Positions 29,788 through 38,552 of a stretch of 55,277 bases of DNA are shown one piece after another. Every line of letters begins with the position of its first letter. The first letter of the stretch is position 1. Under the pieces are notes generated by a model. It was not told where the DNA came from, ran no database searches, and saw nothing but the letters and a program-made list of their open reading frames with translations. Origin of the DNA: a virus. Lineage: Duplodnaviria; Caudoviricetes. The position numbers were made by a program, and so were the translations under genes. The stretch covers positions 1 to 55,277 of the IMG/VR virus record IMGVR_UViG_3300024999_000132; one strand, 5' to 3'.

Positions 29788-30207
29788 CTAACCAGAAGCA
29801 AAGCAAGATAGACTATTTATTTGGACATCTGAAATTAGATGTAAATTCAAGTTAAATCTTACCATATTCAAACATGGTACTAACACAGGTTATGTATATT
29901 AAATACATAAATATAAACAAAAATTGAGTTTGCTGTCACAAGCAAGAAGAATCACTAATCTATCACTAAGCGCAAAATCATCATTCGCAAATTCGATATG
30001 TCTCTAATTTCAATATTCATTAGTACGACAATCAATCGCTAATCACGCATAAATAAATTTTAGGATTAATAATCCTTAACTAGAAAAACAAATATAATAA
30101 AATTATAGTTTTTAAAAGATACTCTCTTAGAAATAAGAGGATGATTTTAATAATAAATGGATAATATAATTAATAAATAGTCTTATTTTGCTTGCTTTAC
30201 TGGTTAG
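29788..30207 (+). ncRNA. ~420-nt structured RNA closed by a long terminal stem
   Basis: 29788-29821 pairs with 30172-30207; seven internal hairpins; central unpaired repeat tract. Confidence 0.7.
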
Positions 30208-30629
30208 ATATATAATAAAAGTCATTTGTGTTTTAGACACGTTATATGGAGGCATTTGTCTCCCTTGGTATTTTTGATATGGGAGAGTTTAATTATCTCC
30301 CCTTCTCAATAAACTAAATAGGTTTTGCAAGTTGCAACCTAAATAAAAAACTTGCATTTATTAATAATTATAATCCAAGAAAAACTGTATTTTCTAGGAT
30401 TTTAAATCAGGAATATTATTAGTACTTAAATGGATGAATATAATTACCCTTGCTGAAAGGCATGAGGATTGCAAATGTATTTTTTTACATTTGCCATGAT
30501 AATTTTTGCTCAGATGAGTACGAGAGAATTGTTAAAAACTAAGGTAGGATGAGTTTTGTATATGACGCAATTGAAGGGATTGGTTTTAAAACTGTTCGAT
30601 AGCGTGCTATTTTTAGAATCCTACACTAT

Positions 30630-30704
30630 TGGCGAGTAGTTCAGTGGTAGAACGCCTGACTGTTAATCAGGATGTCGAAGTTTCGAATACTTCCTTACCA
30701 GCCA
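30630..30704 (+). tRNA. tRNA-Asn(GTT)
   Basis: CCTGA-CTGTTAA-TCAGG anticodon arm, GAAGT-TTCGAAT-ACTTC T-arm, G discriminator + CCA; one acceptor-stem mismatch. Confidence 0.88.
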
Positions 30705-30707
30705 AAC

Positions 30708-30781
30708 GCCTGACTAGTTTAATGATAAAACTTCTGTTTTGTAATCAGAGATTCACAGTTTGATTCTGTGGTTAGGCTCCA
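30708..30781 (+). tRNA. degenerate tRNA-Thr(TGT)
   Basis: GCCTGAC/GTTAGGC acceptor, TTTGTAA loop, CCA; D-loop lacks GG and T-loop is TTTGATT. Confidence 0.7.
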
Positions 30782-30819
30782 TAATTAATATCTATATTCT
30801 CTATAAGGAGGATTAAACA

Positions 30820-30960
30820 ATGAAAGAAACTAATATTTATGATTCAATAAATGAAAATACAATATGCCCTATATGCTTTAGAAATAGATTTTGGCTAAAG
30901 TTTTATTGTGGTAAGACAATATTATGGTGTGCTGATTGTGGGTATTGGATAGAGATTTGA
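30820..30960 (+). CDS. small Zn-ribbon protein (46 aa)
   Basis: AAGGAGG RBS; CPIC...CADCG. Confidence 0.6.
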   Translation: MKETNIYDSINENTICPICFRNRFWLKFYCGKTILWCADCGYWIEI

Positions 30961-30997
30961 TTTATAAGAAAAAGTAAAGCCGAAAAGAGGTAATCGA

Positions 30998-31192
30998 ATG
31001 ATTAATAATAATGAAGTAGTGTTTATTTATAATTTACGTCAAGCAGATTTTTACTTTAGCAAAGGGATATTACCTTTGAATGTAGGGGTAGGTTCTAAAA
31101 AAGATACTTATGTTAAATTTGCTAAAAGTGATGAATTAATGTCTGCATTTAAAGAATGGTGTAATAGTAGAACTACGATAACTAAAAAATAA
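30998..31192 (+). CDS. DUF5659-like small protein
   Basis: FIYNLRQADFYFSKG..YVKF..AFKEW; resembles the 9438 and 35662 products. Confidence 0.65.
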   Translation: MINNNEVVFIYNLRQADFYFSKGILPLNVGVGSKKDTYVKFAKSDELMSAFKEWCNSRTTITKK

Positions 31193-31234
31193 TAATATAC
31201 TTGATTTCAAAACGAAAGGACTAGGTGAATAATA

Positions 31235-32668
31235 ATGATAAACGATAATACAATTTTAGAAGTAATTGAGGAATACAAAAACAAGAATAAGGATTTTACT
31301 ATAATTATAAAAACAGAGAAACTAACTAAAAAATACCACTACAATGTTGATGGACAAATCAATGAAGTTATAGAGGGAAAATTTTACGAAGAGGGAAAGT
31401 TTATGGATAAAATGTTTGTTGATTATTTTATAACTAAATATGATGTTGTTTATAGTAAGGGAACAGGGTTTCTAATATTCAATGGAGAAATTTGGGAGAA
31501 TTGTTCTGACTTACATATACAACAATTAATTGCAACAATATTAGAATTAGAAGACCAATTAACAAACGCAAAAATAGCTTCTACTTGTAAAATGCTTATA
31601 AATCAAGTTAACAATGACAAATTAGCGGAATTACTTAATTCCAATAGAAATAGATTAATAATAAAGAATGGAACACTGGATATTACAGACATTGAGAATT
31701 TTGTTTTCTATGAGAATGAGTTTTTCAAAGAAGATTATAGTACAATTCAATTGAATGTTAATTATGATGTAAATGCAATTAAAAATAATGCCGTTAATTG
31801 GAAATATTATATGACTTTTACATTTGAAAATGATACTGAAAGAATGAAATTAATTGGAGAGATGCTTGGATATTGTTTAACACCAAATTGCAAGTTCCAT
31901 AAATCATTTATGCTAGTAGGAGAAGGGTCTAATGGTAAATCAGTATTATTAGATATAATGGATTATATATGGGGTAGTAAGAACATAAGTGACGTTGACA
32001 TCTGTGAGTTAGATAAACCATTTGCAAGAGTAAGTTTATTCGGAAAACTGATTAACAAATCATCAGAAATAGAAGGTAATCTAAAGACAACATCCTTCTT
32101 CAAAAAGATAGTTAGTGGTGATATGTTGGATGGAGAATTTAAAAACAAGGATAGATTCTCATTCCCTAGTACAGCAAAATTAATATTTGCTATGAACTCG
32201 TTACCAGTCACTAAGGATAAATCTGATGGATTGTATAGAAGACTGTGTATCATCCCTTTTAACAAACAATTCAAAGGCGATGAAATTGATATCGATCTGT
32301 CTGAAAAATTAAAATCAGAGGCAGATGGGATATTCTTTTTTGCGTTACAAGGTTTAAAAAGATTACATAAGCAAAAGAAATTTACTGAAAGTATTGAAGT
32401 TAATAATAAACTTGAAGAGTATAAATTAGATAGCAATCCAGTAAAACAGTATATGGAGGAAAAATATATTGTTGTAGAGGATGAAAACAAAGGTATAAAA
32501 AGTGGAGATTTATATGAATCATATACAGTTTGGTGTGGAGATAATGGTTTTATGAAAATGAACAATGTAAACTTTGGCAAAGAATTAAAGAGATTAAATT
32601 ATAATAAGAAACAAAAGAAAATAAGTGGTAAGGTGGTATGGGTTTTTGAAAAATTAGATAAAAGGTAA
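31235..32668 (+). CDS. P4/D5-family SF3 helicase (primase C-terminal part)
   Basis: D5_N-like KNGTLD, Walker A GEGSNGKS, FKKIVSGD, MNSLP, RRLCIIPF, C-terminal wHTH. Confidence 0.9.
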   Translation: MINDNTILEVIEEYKNKNKDFTIIIKTEKLTKKYHYNVDGQINEVIEGKFYEEGKFMDKMFVDYFITKYDVVYSKGTGFLIFNGEIWENCSDLHIQQLIATILELEDQLTNAKIASTCKMLINQVNNDKLAELLNSNRNRLIIKNGTLDITDIENFVFYENEFFKEDYSTIQLNVNYDVNAIKNNAVNWKYYMTFTFENDTERMKLIGEMLGYCLTPNCKFHKSFMLVGEGSNGKSVLLDIMDYIWGSKNISDVDICELDKPFARVSLFGKLINKSSEIEGNLKTTSFFKKIVSGDMLDGEFKNKDRFSFPSTAKLIFAMNSLPVTKDKSDGLYRRLCIIPFNKQFKGDEIDIDLSEKLKSEADGIFFFALQGLKRLHKQKKFTESIEVNNKLEEYKLDSNPVKQYMEEKYIVVEDENKGIKSGDLYESYTVWCGDNGFMKMNNVNFGKELKRLNYNKKQKKISGKVVWVFEKLDKR

Positions 32669-32669
32669 T

Positions 32670-32937
32670 AGGTTGTATGTTAGGTTGCATGTGAAACTAT
32701 TTTACATGCAACCTCTAAAAATACTACTGTTATAGTAATTATATGGTATAAGTTGTAGGTTGTATATTAAATTTATTATGATTAAAAAATAAATAATATA
32801 AAAAGTCACATGATGGGATAATGTCTATAGTAAATTTATAATTTTACATACAACCTATTACCTATTGATAAAACCATTATGGCAAAGGGATTTTAAAGGT
32901 TGTATGTGGTTGTATGTGAAAAATATACATGCAACCT
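32670..32937. repeat. iteron array GGTTG(T/C)ATGT in both orientations
   Basis: about 8 copies near 32671, 32683, 32704(rc), 32758, 32846(rc), 32898, 32908 and 32927(rc). Confidence 0.8.
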
Positions 32938-33131
32938 TTTCATTAATTATAATATAGCCATGAAGTAATTTTGGGACACCAAAATTGCGTAATGTTCCGT
33001 AGGACAAATATCAAATAAATAATTACAATTAATCTTGTGCTGACAGCGTCTTTTCAATTTTGAACAAGTTCAAAATAGGGTTTGTTAAATAATAAAATAA
33101 AATAAATATATAGGGTGGTATTAACAACATA

Positions 33132-34475
33132 TTGGATAAAAAATTAATTGATATATGTTATCAGAAATATAATAAGAAAATATCGGATTCGTGGGATTCT
33201 TTAGCTAAATTGTATTACCCTCAAAGCACAGGTGAAGGTCTTAGGAGTAAATTTAAGAAATATCGTAAAGCAAATGGAACACTAAAAGCAAAAGATATTA
33301 TTAATGGTATTATTCTTGGCAATGGCGATAGAGAATTAATTATTCCTACTCCTACCCCATCTACTCCAAATTATAAAGAATCTTTGGAAATCAAGCAAGA
33401 TAATTCTCAAGTCTCTGATAAATTATTGGAAATGAGTTTGGAAGAATCTAAAGATCCTGAGTTTGTTTTGAGGAGTCATGGGTATTCGCCTGATGAGTTT
33501 ATTTTGCTTAGTGCTAAGAATAGTATGTGGCACATGAATACTAAGGAAGATGGATTGAAGATTCTCTATGCCAGTAAAATTAGTGTAAAGCCCAAAACAG
33601 AATACCAATGGAATGAAGAAGATGCTAGAAAGATATTCTCTAGTTTAGAAACATGTACAAGAACAATAAATAAATCAAATATTAAAACAACACAATATAA
33701 GAAAAATGGTAAATTACTTATAGTTCCTATTTCTGACTTCCATCTTAATTTATTATCAGATAAATTATCAACAGGAAATGAATATAATATGCAAATTGCA
33801 GAAGATATATTCTTTCATGTAATTAATGATGTAATAGATAGAGTTGAAGGTAAGGTATTTGAAAAAGTATTGTTTATAACAGGAAATGATTTTATAACAT
33901 CAGATAACACTAATGGAACTACAACTCGTGGGACTCCTCAAGATAATGCTGAATCATGGTTTAAAGCAGTCCATAAGGCCACAGAATTAATTGTTAAGGC
34001 AATTGATATGCTTACTGAAATTGCACCTGTAGACGTTATTCTAGTGCCTTCTAATCACGATCTACATACTATGTTTGGAGTAATACAGACAGTAAAAGCA
34101 TGGTATAGAGATGATAATAATGTAAATATTGATGACAGTCCTTTACCAAGAAAATATTATAAATTTGGTAAAATACTTGTTTCTTTATCTCATGATATCA
34201 AAGTAAAAGATGCTTTGCAAATTATTACTACAGAAGCAAAAAGTATGTGGAGTAATTGTGAACATATTATTCTTATGTTGGCTCATTTTCATCAAGCAAT
34301 GGTTTATGAGAAGCAAGGATATTTAGAAGTATTAAGATTACCTTGCGTTAGTGGATGGTCAAGGTGGAGTAATGAAAAAGGTTATATTCAATCAGAAAAG
34401 AAGAATCAAAGTTTTATTATTGATAGTAAGTTAGGTATTACTGATGTAATGAATACGGTGATTGTGGATTATTAA
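33132..34475 (+). CDS. calcineurin-like metallophosphoesterase with N-terminal extension
   Basis: SDFH, GND, SNHD, SHD and AHFH motifs. Confidence 0.85.
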   Translation: MDKKLIDICYQKYNKKISDSWDSLAKLYYPQSTGEGLRSKFKKYRKANGTLKAKDIINGIILGNGDRELIIPTPTPSTPNYKESLEIKQDNSQVSDKLLEMSLEESKDPEFVLRSHGYSPDEFILLSAKNSMWHMNTKEDGLKILYASKISVKPKTEYQWNEEDARKIFSSLETCTRTINKSNIKTTQYKKNGKLLIVPISDFHLNLLSDKLSTGNEYNMQIAEDIFFHVINDVIDRVEGKVFEKVLFITGNDFITSDNTNGTTTRGTPQDNAESWFKAVHKATELIVKAIDMLTEIAPVDVILVPSNHDLHTMFGVIQTVKAWYRDDNNVNIDDSPLPRKYYKFGKILVSLSHDIKVKDALQIITTEAKSMWSNCEHIILMLAHFHQAMVYEKQGYLEVLRLPCVSGWSRWSNEKGYIQSEKKNQSFIIDSKLGITDVMNTVIVDY

Positions 34476-34503
34476 AATAATTGAAAGATAATGAGGTATT
34501 ATT

Positions 34504-35106
34504 ATGTCAGAAGTTTTATCAAGCGGAGTAAATTTCTTTGATAAAGTATTTGAAGAAAATCTAAAGGATAGAAAATTAATATTTAATGATGAGGTTGACC
34601 AAGATGTTGTAGAAACAATTGTATTACAGATTTTTAAATACAACAAAGATGATAAAGATATTCCTGTTGAAAAACGTAAGCCAATTTATATTTATATAAA
34701 TTCTATGGGTGGAGAAATTGCAAATGGATATATAATTATCGATGCTATTGAGTGTAGTAAAACTCCAGTACATGCAGTTGTTTTAGGGTACGCATATTCG
34801 ATGGGTGGATTAATTTTGCTTGCAGCAAAAAAGAAATATGCGTTTAAGAACAGTACAATTCTTTTACATGATGGAAGTATGGGTGCAGTAACGAGTGGAA
34901 GTAAATTCAAGGACATTGCCAAATTCTACGATACTATGAATGAAAGAATTAAGGAATTTGTTTTATCTAAAACAAAAATGACTCCTGAATATTATGATTC
35001 AAAATATGAAAAAGAATTTTACATGTATGCAGATGCAGAAGCCAAAGAATTAGGTATTGTAGATTATATTATTGGTGAAGATTGTGAACTTGATGAGATT
35101 CTTTAA
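34504..35106 (+). CDS. clpP: ClpP-like protease
   Basis: IYINSMGG, AYSMG (catalytic Ser), LLH, EAKELGIVD. Confidence 0.88.
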   Translation: MSEVLSSGVNFFDKVFEENLKDRKLIFNDEVDQDVVETIVLQIFKYNKDDKDIPVEKRKPIYIYINSMGGEIANGYIIIDAIECSKTPVHAVVLGYAYSMGGLILLAAKKKYAFKNSTILLHDGSMGAVTSGSKFKDIAKFYDTMNERIKEFVLSKTKMTPEYYDSKYEKEFYMYADAEAKELGIVDYIIGEDCELDEIL

Positions 35107-35155
35107 CTTAAACATAAAATAAACAACAAAATAAAAATAAAGGCAGGAAAAATTA

Positions 35156-35536
35156 ATGCGTGTATTTCAAACTCAATCTATGTGGGATAAAATTGAAGAA
35201 CAGTGGTATGAAGTATTTTCGGTTGATGGAGAACAATGTTCTCAGGAAGAATATTTCAGGGAATTAGAAGTAGAACAGTGTTTAGAAGATGACGAAGTGG
35301 AAGAGGAAATGAATATGGAAGAAATTCATGATGAAGATTGCACTTGTCAAGATTGTCAAGAAAATAGAAAAATGATTTATTTAGGTGAAGCAGTTAAATT
35401 TATGTTTGAGAATCAATTATGTCCTAAAGGTGTTTTTGAATTGCTTGGAGATATTTATGATAAGGGAAACTATGAAGGATATGAAGAGGGTTATGAGGAT
35501 GTAAAGAATGAGATGAGAGAATTTTTGGATGATTAG
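35156..35536 (+). CDS. acidic hypothetical protein
   Basis: 126 aa, HDEDCTCQDC. Confidence 0.7.
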   Translation: MRVFQTQSMWDKIEEQWYEVFSVDGEQCSQEEYFRELEVEQCLEDDEVEEEMNMEEIHDEDCTCQDCQENRKMIYLGEAVKFMFENQLCPKGVFELLGDIYDKGNYEGYEEGYEDVKNEMREFLDD

Positions 35537-35592
35537 ATTATATAATTAGTCAATAAAATCTAAGTTTTAAATTAATATTTTTACAGTAGATA

Positions 35593-35623
35593 GAGGGCAT
35601 CAGTGAGTTGATGCTCTTTCTTG
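35593..35623 (+). terminator. intrinsic terminator
   Basis: GAGGGCATCA/TGATGCTCTT hairpin followed by T-rich sequence. Confidence 0.55.
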
Positions 35624-35661
35624 TGTTGTAAAGGTACAATACAAATTAAGAATGAGAGGAA

Positions 35662-35874
35662 GTGAAATTAAGAATGACCGAACAAAAACAAGAGTATAAA
35701 GAAAAGGAAAGATATGTTTATATTTATAACCCAGAACAATCTTCCTACTATTTATCACAAGGAATTCCATTGATTGATACGGGTATTCATCCTAAGACGA
35801 AGCATGTCTGGTTCAAGTTTTCTTGGGAAGCCACAGTAGAAGTTTACGGGAAATGGTGTACAAGAACTAGATGA
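35662..35874 (+). CDS. DUF5659-like small protein
   Basis: YIYNPEQSSYYLSQG..VWFKF..YGKW. Confidence 0.65.
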   Translation: MKLRMTEQKQEYKEKERYVYIYNPEQSSYYLSQGIPLIDTGIHPKTKHVWFKFSWEATVEVYGKWCTRTR

Positions 35875-35902
35875 TTATTTATGTTGAAAATGGTTAGTTG
35901 GA

Positions 35903-37090
35903 ATGGTTAATAAAATAAGAATGAAAGCGAGTGATTTAATAATGGAAAATAATTTAACAGCATTTGAACAAGAATTTGGATTAACGGTTGATGAGAATGG
36001 CAAGGTTGTAACAAATAGCCTAAAAATTGCTGATTATTATAGTAAAGAGCATAAAGATGTTTTGAAGAAAATTAGAGGATTTATTGAGTTAATACCAGAA
36101 TTAGGAGAGGGAAATTTTTCGCTGTCCTCTTATACCAATGAACAAAACAAATCTCAACCTATGTATAAAATAGATAGAAGTGGTTTTGCAATGTTAGTGA
36201 ACAAGTTTACAGGTGATGATGCCACTATCTTTACATATAAATATACTAAGGCATTTGAAGAAATGGCAGAAGAATTAGAGCATAGGCGCGAACAAAGCGT
36301 AGAAGTATTAAATGCTTTAAACGAAAAAGATGTTAAACTGCAACGCAAAAAGACATTGGATTCTTATTTTGGTAAAAGAAAAACAGTAACTACATTTAAA
36401 TATTGTAGTTATGAAGAATTTGCTAATATGTTGTCTTTATTTGATGAGTATTTATTTACCATTAAAGACTCAGAGATTAAAAGAATTGAGTACAATAGAG
36501 TTGTTGACGGATTAACTCAAAATAGAAACTCAGTCTCGCCTAACGATAAGATGTATATGCCTAAAACAAGTATTTATAGTTATTATATACAAGAGTTTAC
36601 CAAGAAGAAAGGTTCCTCAGAGAATAAGTCTTATGGTCAACGTCTTAGACACAAAGATGGCATTATTAAAGAACAGCAAAATATAATATCTACTTTAAAT
36701 CCTCCTTTAGAAGATTATATGGTTTTAGATGCACATGGTTTGTCTGAAAATTACATGTATGAAACTGTAGAAAATGAAATGACAGGTAAAAATATTACAG
36801 TTAAGTCATATGTTTATAAGAATTGGATCAAGAAATTTCCATCGTTCCAATTGAAAGATAAAGAAGAATTAAATGTAGACTGGGATAGACCAATTACTGT
36901 ATTTCTAAAATTTGATTGTATGGATAAATTTGACGTTCAGAATTTCTCAAAAAGTGCAATTGATCAGGTTATAACAAGAGATTTTGGTGAAGATGATAAT
37001 ATAATTGATAAAGTTATTGTCGAAAGAAATAAGAGTGTAGAATCATTTGATGAGGGAAGGATTTACGTTTATATTCAGAATGTAGATTAA
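35903..37090 (+). CDS. Rha-family regulator fused to a RusA-like C-terminal domain
   Basis: NSLKIADYYSKEHKDVLKKI..F..SSY..QNK..PMY (Rha); FDVQNFSKSAID..DDNII (RusA-like). Confidence 0.75.
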   Translation: MVNKIRMKASDLIMENNLTAFEQEFGLTVDENGKVVTNSLKIADYYSKEHKDVLKKIRGFIELIPELGEGNFSLSSYTNEQNKSQPMYKIDRSGFAMLVNKFTGDDATIFTYKYTKAFEEMAEELEHRREQSVEVLNALNEKDVKLQRKKTLDSYFGKRKTVTTFKYCSYEEFANMLSLFDEYLFTIKDSEIKRIEYNRVVDGLTQNRNSVSPNDKMYMPKTSIYSYYIQEFTKKKGSSENKSYGQRLRHKDGIIKEQQNIISTLNPPLEDYMVLDAHGLSENYMYETVENEMTGKNITVKSYVYKNWIKKFPSFQLKDKEELNVDWDRPITVFLKFDCMDKFDVQNFSKSAIDQVITRDFGEDDNIIDKVIVERNKSVESFDEGRIYVYIQNVD

Positions 37091-37157
37091 TTGTATTAAA
37101 AATAAATAAATAATATTTTGTAAGTTATAAGACGCTTGAGCAATCAGGGGTTTTCTG

Positions 37158-37193
37158 TGTGGATGGTAATGTGGATGGTAATGTGGATGGTAA
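37158..37193. repeat. 12-bp tandem repeat TGTGGATGGTAA x3
   Basis: read directly. Confidence 0.9.
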
Positions 37194-37388
37194 TAATGAT
37201 ATAAAGTTTTGTGGGTAAGTCGATAATCCAAGCAGAAATGTTTGGATTATTTGTTATTCACAGGAATAATGTGGATCAAAGTTGAGAGGTAATTTGGGAG
37301 TCATGACCCATCTCTACACGCCTCTCTTCTTTCTATTTTTAAGTTTTAGTGTAGAGAACAATAAATGTGTAGAAAGAAGGAATTGATT

Positions 37389-38516
37389 ATGTTGTTAACA
37401 AAAGAGGTGGAGATTAATTTAAAAGGTAGTAAACCTAAACACTATGAGAGTTTAGGATATGAAATACCTAAAAAGATTGGTGCAAAAGGTAAAGAAGTTT
37501 GTGATTATAGTAAGAGTATTTTAGTAAAAATCGAAGATTTGCCTCATAGTTCAGAAGTTATAATTAAACTACAATGTGACTACTGTGGAAAAGAAATCGA
37601 AAAACTATATAAGGATTATTATAAACAAACATTATCAGATGATAGTTCTCCGAATAAAAAGGATTGTTGCTACGAGTGTAGATATTTAAAGAAAAAAGAA
37701 AGTGATATGATAATACATGGAGTGGCACATACTACTCAATTAAAATCTACTCAAGACAAAATGAAGAAGTCAATGATGAATAAATTAGGAGTTGAATATG
37801 CTTCTCAAAGTCAAGAAGTAAAAGATAAAATTAAGTCAACTAATTTAGAAAGATATGGATTTGAAGTTTCCTCAAAATCTGAAATTGTAAAGGATAAATT
37901 TAAAAATACATGTCTTGATAGATATGGTGTTGATCATCCAGTTAAACTTAAAAGTATTCAACAAAAAATAATAGATACTTATAATTTTAAATATGGGTGC
38001 CATCCAATGCAAGTGGAAGAAATAAAAAATAAGGCAATTATTAAACAACGAATTGCATTTTATAATAACGAAACAGCACCTTGCTCAAGACAACAAAAAT
38101 ATATAAGTTTACTATTTAGAGGAAAATTAAATTATCCTGTAAACAAATGTAGTTTAGATATAGCTTTTCCAGAAGAAATGATTTATGTTGAGTATTTTGG
38201 AGGCGGCCATTATTTAGATGTTAAATTAGGAGAAATATCGTTAAATGATAAACAAAAGAATGATAGACGTAGATGGTATGCTTTAAAAAGCAAAGGTTGG
38301 AAGGAAATTAGGATACTATCAATAAAAGATTACTTACCACAAGATAATATTATTTTAGATTTACTTTTATATGCAAAAGATTACTTATCTACAGGTCATT
38401 CTTGGATTAAATTTGATATAGATAATTCTAAAATAATTACTTCGCAATATGAAATAAATGTTGATTATGGGATATTACGAAAAATTAAGCAAGCAGATTT
38501 AGAAGAAGTGAGTTAG
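37389..38516 (+). CDS. free-standing putative homing endonuclease (ERYG-type repeats + Vsr/DUF559-like nuclease)
   Basis: CDYC, repeated T(N/C)LxRYG units, LDIAF..IYVEY.GGGH, RR..LK..GWKEIRI; ATG 37389 after GAAGGA. Confidence 0.7.
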   Translation: MLLTKEVEINLKGSKPKHYESLGYEIPKKIGAKGKEVCDYSKSILVKIEDLPHSSEVIIKLQCDYCGKEIEKLYKDYYKQTLSDDSSPNKKDCCYECRYLKKKESDMIIHGVAHTTQLKSTQDKMKKSMMNKLGVEYASQSQEVKDKIKSTNLERYGFEVSSKSEIVKDKFKNTCLDRYGVDHPVKLKSIQQKIIDTYNFKYGCHPMQVEEIKNKAIIKQRIAFYNNETAPCSRQQKYISLLFRGKLNYPVNKCSLDIAFPEEMIYVEYFGGGHYLDVKLGEISLNDKQKNDRRRWYALKSKGWKEIRILSIKDYLPQDNIILDLLLYAKDYLSTGHSWIKFDIDNSKIITSQYEINVDYGILRKIKQADLEEVS

Positions 38517-38552
38517 TTAAATATTAACTTCTCCTTTATTCAATTAAAAGAG

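Noticed and set aside
29946-30055. DGR template repeat or retron msr-msd
   Set aside because: No reverse transcriptase in the window and no matching variable repeat seen
31963-32580. 205-aa minus-strand ORF and similar antisense ORFs (2065, 13539, 14049, 21235, 45422, 46225, 51602 etc.)
   Set aside because: Shadows of well-supported genes on the opposite strand, without RBS or motifs
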